Shown here: positions 40,711 to 50,080 of the stretch, piece by piece
Layout: every line of letters starts with the position of its first letter
Position numbering within the stretch: the first letter of the stretch is position 1
NCBI GenBank assembly: GCA_049997875.1
Contig: JBEKRC010000001.1
Span: 108,609-172,608 of the forward strand
Length of the DNA: 64,000 nucleotides
Reading direction: 5' to 3'
Source of the DNA: Minisyncoccia bacterium
Lineage (GTDB): Bacteria > Patescibacteriota > Minisyncoccia > UBA6257 > 2-01-FULL-56-20
The notes under the pieces: generated by a model
What the model was told of the DNA's origin: nothing
Databases searched by the model: none
Seen by the model: only the letters and a program-made list of their open reading frames with translations
Made by a program: the position numbers and the translations under genes

Positions 40711-42446
40711 ACAATATGCCCGAGAATCACAATCAACTCAAAGATATAAAACAAATCATCGCGCCAGCGGGAGCGCAGGTGTTCCCCAACTACCTCAAAA
40801 TCGGCGACAAGGTTGCGAAGACCTTTTTTATACTTTCTTACCCCCGCTACCTTGCGACTGGCTGGTTTGAGCCGCTTATCAACCTCCCCAACCTTTTTGA
40901 CGTTTCCATTTTTGTAAATCCGATTGATACGGGCACGGCGCTCAAAAATCTCCGCAAGAAGGCCGGCCAGCTGGAGTCGCAGCTGAATGACGAGGAGGAC
41001 AAGGGTCTCGTGCGCAATCCGATGCTGGAGACCGCCATCAAAGACGTGGAGGGGTTGCGCGATTCCCTCCAGGAATCGCAGGAGAAACTTTTTGACACCG
41101 GCGTCTACATCACGATCTACGCGGACACCCAGGACGACCTCGTGCGGTTGGAGAGCAAGCTCGTGAGCATGATGGAAGCGAAGCTCATTTATCTGAAACC
41201 GGCGCTTTTTGAACAGCTGGAAGGGCTTTTCTCGGTCCTTCCGCTCAACGAGGACAAATTGCAGATATATACGCCGATGAACACAAGCCCGATTTCCTCT
41301 TTTTTCCCGTTCGTTTCGGAGGACCTCTCCTCAAATCAGGGAATTATGTACGGCATTAATTTGCACAACAGCAACCTCGTGATCTTTGACCGCTTTTCGC
41401 TGGAGAACGCGAACCAAGTGGTGTTCGCAAAATCCGGCTCCGGCAAGTCGTACACTACAAAACTGGAGATCATCCGCTCGCTCATGGCGGGCGTGGACAT
41501 GGTGATCGTGATTGACCCGGAGAACGAATATCAGCGACTCGCCGAAACCTTCGGCGGCAGCATGTTCAACATCTCGCTTTCGGCGCACGAGCACATCAAC
41601 CCGTTTGACCTCCCGCTCGTCCCCGAGGGTGAAACGCCGTCCGACGTCCTCCGGTCGCACATTGTGACGCTCGCGAGTTTGATCAAGCTTATGTTGGGGA
41701 AAATCACCCCCGAAGAGGACGCTATCCTTGACCGCGCGATCACGGAAACCTACGCCTCGCGCGAAATCGTCGTTGGATTGGATTTCGCGGGAAAAGAACC
41801 GCCACTTCTGGGAGACCTCGCCACCGTTCTTCGCAACCTTGAGGGGGGCAGGGGCATGTCGGAGAAACTCTACAAATACACCGAAGGAAGCTTCGCGGGG
41901 CTCCTGAACCAGCCGACCAACATTGACGTCAATAACCGCCTCATCGTCTTCTCCATCCGCGACCTTGAGGAAGAGCTGCGTCCCATCGGGATGTTCGTCG
42001 TCCTCAACTTCATCTGGAGCCTGATCCGCGCGAAACTCGCAAAGCGGCTGCTCTTCATTGACGAGGCGTGGATCATGATGAAGAATGACGACTCGGCCAC
42101 GTTCCTTTTCGGCCTCGTGAAACGCGCACGGAAATATTTTCTCGGCGTTTCCACGATCACGCAGGACGTGGAGGACTTCCTGCGCTCTCCCTACGGGCGT
42201 CCCATCATCACGAATTCATCTCTGCAAATGCTTTTGAAGCAGGCACCGGCGACGATTGACATCGTGGCGAAAGCGTTCGACCTTACGGATGCGGAAAAGA
42301 ACTTCCTTTTGAGCGCGGAGGTGGGTACCGGAATCTTCTTTGCCGGCAAGCGCCATGTCGCGATCCAGATCGTGCCGTCTTATTTTGAAGACCAGATTAT
42401 CACCACGAATCCGGAGCAGCTATTGGAGGAGAAAAAAGACCTGTAA
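40707..42446 (+). CDS. virB4: VirB4-like ATPase
   Basis: AKSGSGKS, IDPENEY, INPFD, FIDEAW, RARKY...ITQ. Confidence 0.92.
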   Translation: MNNMPENHNQLKDIKQIIAPAGAQVFPNYLKIGDKVAKTFFILSYPRYLATGWFEPLINLPNLFDVSIFVNPIDTGTALKNLRKKAGQLESQLNDEEDKGLVRNPMLETAIKDVEGLRDSLQESQEKLFDTGVYITIYADTQDDLVRLESKLVSMMEAKLIYLKPALFEQLEGLFSVLPLNEDKLQIYTPMNTSPISSFFPFVSEDLSSNQGIMYGINLHNSNLVIFDRFSLENANQVVFAKSGSGKSYTTKLEIIRSLMAGVDMVIVIDPENEYQRLAETFGGSMFNISLSAHEHINPFDLPLVPEGETPSDVLRSHIVTLASLIKLMLGKITPEEDAILDRAITETYASREIVVGLDFAGKEPPLLGDLATVLRNLEGGRGMSEKLYKYTEGSFAGLLNQPTNIDVNNRLIVFSIRDLEEELRPIGMFVVLNFIWSLIRAKLAKRLLFIDEAWIMMKNDDSATFLFGLVKRARKYFLGVSTITQDVEDFLRSPYGRPIITNSSLQMLLKQAPATIDIVAKAFDLTDAEKNFLLSAEVGTGIFFAGKRHVAIQIVPSYFEDQIITTNPEQLLEEKKDL

Positions 42447-43318
42447 TGGCCGAGGCGGCGACACAACCAAAATCAGAATCTGCGCCTCCCGCGGGCGGAG
42501 GTGCGGCGCGATCCCAGCCGAAAATCACGCTTACCGAGGGACTTCTCATCGGAGGCGGTCTTACTGTGGTGTGTGTCATCAATCTCATACCGATTGCTGG
42601 TGACATAACGGCGCCCGTCGCCGGCGGATTGATGTTTTTTTACCTTTATATGAAAGGATTAAGGGGAACTAATGTCGTCGCTACCAATATAGTCGGTTAT
42701 GCCGCCGGGATGTTCCCGATTGTCCAGGCACTTCCAACCCCACTCGTTGCCTGGGTTGTCGTGATAATTATTGACCGGATGCCCGTGGTTGAAAAAATCG
42801 CCGAGAAGGCAGAAGTGGTAACGGGAGGAGGCGAGGCGGGTGCCCTCGGCGGAGCCGCAGCGGAGGGTGCGGCAGTAGAAGGTGCAGCGGTTGAGGGAGC
42901 GGCCGCGGGAGGGGCGGCGGGAGCTACCGCCGCTGCAGAAGGAGTGCCAGCCGGAGCCGCAGGTGGCGCGCCCTCGGCGCAAACTGGCATCTCCGAAGGC
43001 GGTGCCACAGGACCACCGCCCGGCACGGAAGGACCCACGACGCCGGAAGCGGGAGGCCCCTCGCCGATAGCCGGCGAAGAAATGCCCCCGGGAGAAGCAG
43101 GAGCAACAGAAGAAGGGGCCGGCAAAGAAGCGGAAGCGGAAAAAGAATATCGAGAAATCGAGGCGGCGGCGGCACCTGCAATGGTCCCACCGGTGGAAGC
43201 GGCTATAAAGGAAGAATTCCCATCGGAGGCGGCGGGGATCCAGGCCCTTACTGAAAAGGCGAAGGAAACACAAGCAACTGAGGATAAGGCAGAGGACGAA
43301 GAAGAACCTGCGAGCTAG
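42446..43318 (+). CDS. hypothetical membrane protein with Ala/Glu/Gly-rich tail
   Basis: 3-4 TM then AAVEG repeats; coupled to virB4 by TAATG. Confidence 0.75.
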   Translation: MAEAATQPKSESAPPAGGGAARSQPKITLTEGLLIGGGLTVVCVINLIPIAGDITAPVAGGLMFFYLYMKGLRGTNVVATNIVGYAAGMFPIVQALPTPLVAWVVVIIIDRMPVVEKIAEKAEVVTGGGEAGALGGAAAEGAAVEGAAVEGAAAGGAAGATAAAEGVPAGAAGGAPSAQTGISEGGATGPPPGTEGPTTPEAGGPSPIAGEEMPPGEAGATEEGAGKEAEAEKEYREIEAAAAPAMVPPVEAAIKEEFPSEAAGIQALTEKAKETQATEDKAEDEEEPAS

Positions 43319-43346
43319 GTCGCATGCCGCGTGTGATACAATATAA

Positions 43347-44048
43347 GTGAAGGCTGCTATGAAAAAAGAATTATTTGGTGTTCTTTGCGTCGCCACGCTT
43401 TTCGCTCTCCTCGGATGGGTCCGCGGGGTAGCGGATGCCCAAACCTCCGGTTCGCAGGTCTTCATCACGTGGCAAGCCGTTGGCAGCTATGTGCCAGCTT
43501 CTTATAAAGACAAAGCTCTGCCGGGACCTACCTCCTTAATCCTCGCGTCCGTTCAGGTCGTTTCACAGGGGAAGCTCGTTGATCTTAAAAACCAGCTTGT
43601 GTACTGGTACCAAGACGGCACTTATTTGAGCGGCGGGACGGGGGCGCAAAGCATCACGTTCACGCCGGGCGTTTCTCCGCCCGACACCACGGAATTGAAA
43701 GTGGAAATCCCGAATTACAGCGGCGGGACGCTCCTGCACGCAGTGGACATCCCCATTGTACAGCCCGTCATTGTAATCAAAACCCCGTATTTGAACAATC
43801 AATTCTCCGATAACCCGCTCACGCTCACGGCGTTGCCATACTTCTTCAATGTGCCTTCTCCTTCAGCACTTGTACTCTCATGGTCGGTAAACGGACAGAC
43901 AGGAGCCAGTGCGGAAAACCCGTACGAAGCGCAAATTACTCTTCCGCAGGGCACTTCCGCGGGGACGACGCTCAGTGTCGCGCTTACCGCACAAAATCCT
44001 CTTGATGCCACCTCGGCAACCGCTTCAAAAGTCCTTACGTATGAATAA
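43347..44048 (+). CDS. secreted protein with Ig-like domains
   Basis: signal peptide ADA|Q, YKDKALP, YWYQDG, ALPYFF, WSVNG. Confidence 0.8.
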   Translation: MKAAMKKELFGVLCVATLFALLGWVRGVADAQTSGSQVFITWQAVGSYVPASYKDKALPGPTSLILASVQVVSQGKLVDLKNQLVYWYQDGTYLSGGTGAQSITFTPGVSPPDTTELKVEIPNYSGGTLLHAVDIPIVQPVIVIKTPYLNNQFSDNPLTLTALPYFFNVPSPSALVLSWSVNGQTGASAENPYEAQITLPQGTSAGTTLSVALTAQNPLDATSATASKVLTYE

Positions 44049-44376
44049 AATGAATAGCTTAGCGGTACAATTCACCGTTTCTTCAAATCTCCCGGGTAAC
44101 TATGCCACCTCAACCGGCTTTGGGGGCTTTGTCGCCAATTTCTATTCCCTTGCGCTCCTTTTCGCGGGAATCCTTGCCTTCGGCGCGATCGTCTACGGCG
44201 GCATTAAGTATGCGGTGAGTCGCGGCAACCCCTCGGCCGAGAGCGAGGGAAAAAGCTGGGTCACGAACGCGCTCCTCGGGCTCCTGCTCCTGGCCGGCGC
44301 GTACATCATCCTCTATACCATTAATCCGCAGCTCGTTACCCTTAAAATCGCGACACCGGCACAATCACAACCATGA
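44041..44376 (+). CDS. VirB2/TrbC-like pilin
   Basis: LAFGAIVYGGIKYAVSRGNPS...NALLGLLLLAGAYIILYTINP. Confidence 0.85.
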   Translation: MNKMNSLAVQFTVSSNLPGNYATSTGFGGFVANFYSLALLFAGILAFGAIVYGGIKYAVSRGNPSAESEGKSWVTNALLGLLLLAGAYIILYTINPQLVTLKIATPAQSQP

Positions 44377-45653
44377 GAAGGCGTATTCTTATCGTTATTG
44401 TCGTTCTTGTTATCGCAGGGGCCGCGGCAATACTCTATCTTCTTCTTTCCAAACAATCTTCCGTTTCTACGACGCCGTCCGGTACGTCGGGCGCTTTGCC
44501 TCAAACAGGAACCCAGTCGGGAACCCCGGGAAACGCCGCCGGGGGTACTGTGGTAACCTTTCCCGGCACCGGGATAACCGGCGCAGGTGCTGCCGTAAAA
44601 TTCGGGGTGGTATCAAACGAGCCGGTTTTTGACTATTTCGTGGACGCAAAAAATAACGCACTAGCCATTGAACCTGACGGGAAAATCGCGTACATCACGA
44701 ACGGCGAGGTGAGCTACCTCAATTCCAACACGATCCAAAACCTAATCAGCGCCGATTTCTCCTATGATGGCGCGAAGGTAGTAGTGAACTTCGGTGATAC
44801 AACAAACCCACAAACCAGTGTTTTTGACGTCGCCGCAAAGGCGTGGGCGCCCCTTCCCTCGGGAATTATTTCGCCCGTCTGGTCTCCGATTGATTACCAT
44901 CTCGCGTACCTGGAGGCCGCGACCGGGACCACCACCTTATTCCTGATTGACGGATCAAAGGCGGGCAGCAAGCCGACGCAGCTTGCGACATTCAGCGCCG
45001 TTGATCTCTCCCTTAGATGGATTGATAAAAACCGGCTCATGGTCTACGGCAAGCCCAGCGCCTACGCGGACCCCTCGGCGTGGATTTTTAATCTCACCTC
45101 AAAGGCTGTCACGCCGATCATAAGCGAAACGCCGGGGCTTGAAATAACGTGGATGAAGGCGCCCACCACCACCACTGGTATCTCCTTCTTTAGCGGCCAA
45201 GGAGGAAGGGGAGGAAGTGTGCACCTTATAAACATAACGGGCGCCGTGACTAAGGACCTTAGCTTCTTCACGCTCGCCTCAAAATGCGTTTTCAACTTTG
45301 AGGCTGTGGCGGCCGTTCCTTCTGCTGTTTTAGCCACGACGACCGCCACTTCCACTGCCGCAACCCCCGTTTCGCCTGCGCCCGTCCTCGCGCTCTACTG
45401 CGCCGTGCCCCGTGCCGGGCAGGACCTTCTCGCCTTTAGTCATCTCCCCGACGATTATGAACAGATGGCATTGTTCACCCTGGACGACATTTATCGCATT
45501 GACACCACAAACGGCGCGCTTGTTGACGCGCTCGCCGGGCAGAATATAGATGTCTCGGACCCAAAGGTGTTTGGCGCAGCCCTCTTCTTCGTCAACCGCT
45601 ATGATCAAAAACTCTACGGGCTCTCGCTCGGCACTTCCACCGCCGCGCAATAG
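44373..45653 (+). CDS. membrane-anchored beta-propeller-like protein
   Basis: N-terminal TM, Ser/Thr/Gly linker, FSYDG / WSP repeats. Confidence 0.75.
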   Translation: MRRRILIVIVVLVIAGAAAILYLLLSKQSSVSTTPSGTSGALPQTGTQSGTPGNAAGGTVVTFPGTGITGAGAAVKFGVVSNEPVFDYFVDAKNNALAIEPDGKIAYITNGEVSYLNSNTIQNLISADFSYDGAKVVVNFGDTTNPQTSVFDVAAKAWAPLPSGIISPVWSPIDYHLAYLEAATGTTTLFLIDGSKAGSKPTQLATFSAVDLSLRWIDKNRLMVYGKPSAYADPSAWIFNLTSKAVTPIISETPGLEITWMKAPTTTTGISFFSGQGGRGGSVHLINITGAVTKDLSFFTLASKCVFNFEAVAAVPSAVLATTTATSTAATPVSPAPVLALYCAVPRAGQDLLAFSHLPDDYEQMALFTLDDIYRIDTTNGALVDALAGQNIDVSDPKVFGAALFFVNRYDQKLYGLSLGTSTAAQ

Positions 45654-45658
45654 GACTG

Positions 45659-46093
45659 CTACGAAAGCGGCTTTATAACCACATAACGCTCTTTGCCCTC
45701 TCCCGAACTCTCGGTCGTCACCTCGGGATGCAACGCGAGCTCCGTATGCACAATTCTCCGCTCATATGAGTTCATCGCGGGAAGCGGCACCGCATTTTTC
45801 GTCGTGACCGCTTTCTTCGCCGCCGCGCGCGCAAGCTCGGCGATCAGGTTCTCGCGCTCCTGCCGGTAATTGTTCACGTCAAGAAAAAAGAGGTCAATTT
45901 GATTCTTCTTCGCAATCATTTGGAAAAGATGGTTCACGCTCTCTACGATGGCGGCGAGGTTTTCTTTAAGAAGATTCCCGCCGTCGTAGATGAAGAGCGA
46001 ACCACGTTTTTCCTCCGGCTTCATTTCCAACCGATAATCGCGGAATCCCATTGCCTCCACGATATTTTTGGCAATCGCTTCCCAGCTCTCCAT
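45659..46093 (-). CDS. jag: Jag/KhpB-like R3H RNA-binding protein (shortened)
   Basis: LDVNNYR, MNSYERRIVH, SSGEGKERYVVI. Confidence 0.88.
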   Translation of the reverse strand: MESWEAIAKNIVEAMGFRDYRLEMKPEEKRGSLFIYDGGNLLKENLAAIVESVNHLFQMIAKKNQIDLFFLDVNNYRQERENLIAELARAAAKKAVTTKNAVPLPAMNSYERRIVHTELALHPEVTTESSGEGKERYVVIKPLS

Positions 46094-46130
46094 TTCAAGG
46101 TACTATTCCATACTCCCGCGCCGAAATCAA

Positions 46131-46187
46131 GCCTGACCAGCACCACTTTTGCGTTTGCAGAAAATGCAAAAGTGGTGCTGGTCGGGC
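46131..46187. repeat. 26-bp inverted repeat between yidC and jag
   Basis: GCCTGACCAGCACCACTTTTGCGTTT-GCAGA-AAATGCAAAAGTGGTGCTGGTCGGGC. Confidence 0.8.
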
Positions 46188-46195
46188 CTCTCCCG

Positions 46196-46915
46196 CTACA
46201 CCGCCGCGGTCTCCCCTTTTTTGAAATGCTTGTTGATGATCAGTTGTTGCCCTACGGAGAAGAGTGACGTGACAAGCCAGTAGAGACCGACGGCGGCGGG
46301 CAAGCTGTAAAAAATAAAAATGGTGACGAGAGGCCCGATGAAGACCATCTGCCGCGCCATCTTTTCCGCGGGGGAAAGCGGCGCATTGCTCTTGGGGTCC
46401 CGATAGATGGCAAGGCGCGCCTGCAGGTACTGGGCGAGTGCGGCGAGCAGGATGAGGATAATGCTCGGGGCCGCGAGATTGATGGCGCCGAGGAAAAGAG
46501 GGTTGATGGCCTGCGGCACCGCTACAAAGGAATACAGCCCCGCGAGTTCCCCTGGCGCGAGCGCAGAACGCACCACCCAGTAGAGAGCGATCATGATCGG
46601 CAGTTGGATGACGAGAAGGATGATGCTTGAGAAGGGACTTACTCCGTGCTCCTTATAAAGTTCCATCAGCGCCTGCGCCTGCTTTTCTCTGTCGTTTTTG
46701 TGCAACTCCTGAATCTTTTTAATTTTCGGCTGGATGCGTTGCATCAGCATCTGCTGTTTGGCGCCTTTGTGGAATAATGGATACAGCACCAAGCGGATAA
46801 GAATGGTGACAAATATTATGGCAATCCCAAGATCGCGGAACGAGATCGTCTCGTAAAAATAAACGAGAAGATTAAGAATGGGTCGGTAAAGGATGGCTTG
46901 ATAGAGATAGCTCAT
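46196..46915 (-). CDS. yidC: membrane protein insertase YidC
   Basis: GIAIIFVTILIRLVLYP, QPKIKKIQ, ELYKEHGVSP, GLYW. Confidence 0.95.
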   Translation of the reverse strand: MSYLYQAILYRPILNLLVYFYETISFRDLGIAIIFVTILIRLVLYPLFHKGAKQQMLMQRIQPKIKKIQELHKNDREKQAQALMELYKEHGVSPFSSIILLVIQLPIMIALYWVVRSALAPGELAGLYSFVAVPQAINPLFLGAINLAAPSIILILLAALAQYLQARLAIYRDPKSNAPLSPAEKMARQMVFIGPLVTIFIFYSLPAAVGLYWLVTSLFSVGQQLIINKHFKKGETAAV

Positions 46916-47244
46916 GGTCGGTGATTGGCTGTTGCGCGAGGAGGGAGGGCCCGACGCAAAAGTTCCTTAAATTGCTGTTTGGTGAGGGTATTGATTTTGG
47001 GAGTGAGGATGACAAGGAAATCGGTGCCCGCGCCGCCGGCCGCGAGGAGCGTTGCTTTCGTCTGCCGCTTCCAAAAATTCCTCTTCGCGGCGTTCTTGTG
47101 CACGGAGGCGTTTGCGATGACTCCAATCCTAATTTTCTCTTGTATGTTCGGCTTTGTTTTTAATACAAAGTATGGCGTTGACGCCGTTCCCCATCGCCCC
47201 GCCCTAAAATCCCGGCTCGGCAACCGTGATGGTTTAGAAAGCAT
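46912..47244 (-). CDS. rnpA: ribonuclease P protein component
   Basis: RIGVI...KNAAKRNFWKRQ (RNR-like); syntenic with rpmH-yidC. Confidence 0.88.
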   Translation of the reverse strand: MLSKPSRLPSRDFRAGRWGTASTPYFVLKTKPNIQEKIRIGVIANASVHKNAAKRNFWKRQTKATLLAAGGAGTDFLVILTPKINTLTKQQFKELLRRALPPRATANHRP

Positions 47245-47249
47245 CGCTG

Positions 47250-47384
47250 TTAGACGCTGATTCGCCGCCTCCTTTTTGCCCTGCGCCGTGCGAGAACGCG
47301 CCGCCCGCCTGGCACCCGTTGCCGCCGCAAAAATCCGTGCGTCCTTTTCCTTTTTTTCTTTTTCGGGCTGTAGGTAAACGACAT
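47250..47384 (-). CDS. rpmH: 50S ribosomal protein L34
   Basis: [21 protein letters not shown]...[11 protein letters not shown]. Confidence 0.95.
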   Translation of the reverse strand: MSFTYSPKKKKRKRTHGFLRRQRVPGGRRVLARRRAKRRRRISV

Positions 47385-47512
47385 CTTGAAGAGTTTATCA
47401 CGGGATTTAAAAATGTGCCAGCGAGCTGTGGGGCCCTTAGAACAGGTTGTGCACATCCCATCCACAAACGGCGCGGTTTGACTTTTTGACGGGAGGGGCG
47501 TAAGGGTTGATA

Positions 47513-48877
47513 ATGAACAACAATATGGATCTCGAAAAACTTTGGCAATCAACATTGGGAGAGATGGAGATCCAGCTCACAAAGGCGAACTTCTCGATGT
47601 GGCTCAGGGGCAGCAAGCCTATAGAACGCGAAGAGGGCACTTTGTACGTCACCCTGCCGAATAATTTCGCCAAATCCTGGGTTGAGGACAAGTACCGAAA
47701 AAATATCCTTGGGATATTGCGCAATATGGACAGCTCAATCAAAAAAGTGGAGTTCGTCATAGGCCAGCAGGCGCCCGTACCCCAAAAGAGCATGGCGGGC
47801 ACAAACGACCTTGCTACGCTTGTTCCGGCAGAATTGGATTTCAATAAGGCAGACCCTGAAACCAATTTAAACCCCCGCTATACCTTCTCCACGTTTGTGG
47901 TGGGGCCCTCCAACGAACTTGCGTGCACCGCGGGGAAGTCCATCGCGGAGCATATCGGAAAATATAATCCGTTTTTTGTGTACGGCGGCGTGGGAATCGG
48001 GAAAACGCACCTCATCCAGGCGATCGGCAACGAGATCGTCGCGAGGAACGGGAAGAGGGTGAAGCCGAAATATGTCCCCTCTGAGCAGTACACCCGCGAA
48101 GTGGTGTGGGGATTGCGCAACGACCGGATCGAAAGTGTGAAGAAAAAATACCGCGACGTTGACGTGCTCATCATAGACGATATCCAATTTATTGGCGGGA
48201 AGGAAAAAACCGAAGAGGAGTTCTTCCACACCTTCAACGCGCTGTACGAAGGAGGTAAACAAATTATCATCTCTTCCGATCGGCCCCCGCAGTCCCTCCC
48301 TACGCTTGAGGAGCGCCTGCGGTCCCGTTTTGAGGGTGGTTTCGTCGCGGACATCGGCTACCCGGAATACGAGATGCGAGTGGCCATCGTCCGGAGCAAG
48401 CTTTCGGAGGCGAACCGCAGCCTTGACGAAGACATCATTGACCTCCTCGCGCGCCGCCTCAGGAAAAATATCCGCGAGCTTGAGGGAATATTAAAAAAGT
48501 TGCTTTTCCTTCAGGAACAAAAAGGGGTTGAAATCACAAAAACGTTTGTAGAGGAAATCATAGAAAAATCGACCAAGAACGTTTCGAAGCGGGTGAGCGA
48601 TGCCCAAATACTGAAGGCGGTCGCCGAATTCTTCGGCGTTTCCCTTGAGGACATCATAAGCCACAACCGCAGAAAGGAGGTGGTAGAGCCGCGCCAGATC
48701 GCCATGTACCTACTTCGGGAAATCTCGGAGCTTTCCTACCCATATATTGGGGAGAAAATGGGGAGAGACCACACCACCGCCATCCACTCCTATGAAAAAA
48801 TCAACCAGGAAATCAACAGAAGCGCCATACTTAACCAAAAGATATTAACAATCAAAGATATGATTTATAAAGGCTGA
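47513..48877 (+). CDS. dnaA: chromosomal replication initiator DnaA
   Basis: [31 protein letters not shown]. Confidence 0.98.
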   Translation: MNNNMDLEKLWQSTLGEMEIQLTKANFSMWLRGSKPIEREEGTLYVTLPNNFAKSWVEDKYRKNILGILRNMDSSIKKVEFVIGQQAPVPQKSMAGTNDLATLVPAELDFNKADPETNLNPRYTFSTFVVGPSNELACTAGKSIAEHIGKYNPFFVYGGVGIGKTHLIQAIGNEIVARNGKRVKPKYVPSEQYTREVVWGLRNDRIESVKKKYRDVDVLIIDDIQFIGGKEKTEEEFFHTFNALYEGGKQIIISSDRPPQSLPTLEERLRSRFEGGFVADIGYPEYEMRVAIVRSKLSEANRSLDEDIIDLLARRLRKNIRELEGILKKLLFLQEQKGVEITKTFVEEIIEKSTKNVSKRVSDAQILKAVAEFFGVSLEDIISHNRRKEVVEPRQIAMYLLREISELSYPYIGEKMGRDHTTAIHSYEKINQEINRSAILNQKILTIKDMIYKG

Positions 48878-48967
48878 TACTAAGTAAAGTTCCGCTATCC
48901 ACAAAAATTAAAAATACATTAATAATAGAATCTTAATGTTTTAATAATGTCTTAATATAATTACCCT
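48878..48967. other. probable oriC unwinding region
   Basis: DnaA box CTATCCACA (48895) followed by ~60 nt of very AT-rich TAAT repeats between dnaA and dnaN; another box-like CCATCCACA at 47457. Confidence 0.7.
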
Positions 48968-50080
48968 ATGAAATTTATCGCAATACGATCAAACATCAAA
49001 GAAGCCGTTTCCACAATCGAGCGCGCCGCCGGCGAGAACGCAAACCTTCCTATTTTAAAAAACGCGCTTATCACGGTTGGAAGCGACGGGATTGTTTTTG
49101 CCGCGACAAACCTTGAGATCGCGATTACCTGTCGCGTGTCCGGAAAGGTGATTGAGGGCGGAAGCGTTTCCGTACCGCTCGCACCCTTCGCGAGCCTCAT
49201 CACCAATCTCCAAAGCGACCGTTTGAATTTCAGCAAGAAGGGCAACGCGCTTGAGGTAAAAACGGACAACTACAGCGCCGTGCTGCAGGGATTACCCAGT
49301 GAAGATTTCCCCATAACCCCCCAGATAAAAACCTCTGACGAGTACTTTGCTATAACGGGTGCGCTTTTTAAGGAGGCGATTCAGCAAGTCGCCGTAGCGG
49401 CGCAACCGTCCGATTTCCGGCCGGAGCTTAATGCCGCCCTTTTTGACTTTTCCTTGGACAACCTCAAACTTACGGTAACCGACGGTTTCCGGCTTGCCGA
49501 AAAGACAATCCCGCAGAACCTTTTTACCGCAAAATTTAAGGAAGCGTTTAGAATGCTCATTCCTCTTAAGACCAGCCAAGAGGTGCTTCGGATGGTGAGC
49601 GATACCGAAACCGTGCGGGTGTTTCGTGACGAGAACCAGATTCTTGTGAAGACCGAGCGCGCCGAACTTATCTCGCGGCTCGGCGAAGGGAACTTCCCGG
49701 ATTATTCGCAACTTGTGCCCAAAAAATTCGCTACCGAAGCAGTTGTGTCGCGCGAGGAACTTGCGAACGCGGTGAAGCTTGCTGCGATATTCGGGCAAAA
49801 AAACAGCGAAGTGAAACTGGCGATGCACCCGGGGAAGAAAGCGGTGGAGATAAGTTCGGCGGACCAATCGCTCGGTGAGAACGCCTATCTTCTCCCCGCG
49901 AAAATAAAGGGGGCGGCGGCCGAGGCGTTCTTTAACTGGCGTTACCTCGTGGACCCCGTCAAAGCGATGAAAACGGAAGAAATTTTTATAGGGCTCCAAG
50001 AAGAGACCAACCCGGCCCTTCTCCGGCCGGTGGGCGACAGTTCTTATTTCTATATTTTAAAGCCCATCCTAAAGTCTTAG
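48968..50080 (+). CDS. dnaN: DNA polymerase III beta sliding clamp
   Basis: ATNLE, DFP, TDGFRLA, GNFPDY. Confidence 0.97.
   Translation: MKFIAIRSNIKEAVSTIERAAGENANLPILKNALITVGSDGIVFAATNLEIAITCRVSGKVIEGGSVSVPLAPFASLITNLQSDRLNFSKKGNALEVKTDNYSAVLQGLPSEDFPITPQIKTSDEYFAITGALFKEAIQQVAVAAQPSDFRPELNAALFDFSLDNLKLTVTDGFRLAEKTIPQNLFTAKFKEAFRMLIPLKTSQEVLRMVSDTETVRVFRDENQILVKTERAELISRLGEGNFPDYSQLVPKKFATEAVVSREELANAVKLAAIFGQKNSEVKLAMHPGKKAVEISSADQSLGENAYLLPAKIKGAAAEAFFNWRYLVDPVKAMKTEEIFIGLQEETNPALLRPVGDSSYFYILKPILKS

Noticed and set aside
33369-45653. Integrative conjugative element
   Set aside because: No integrase, relaxase, coupling protein or att repeats; flanked by core genes
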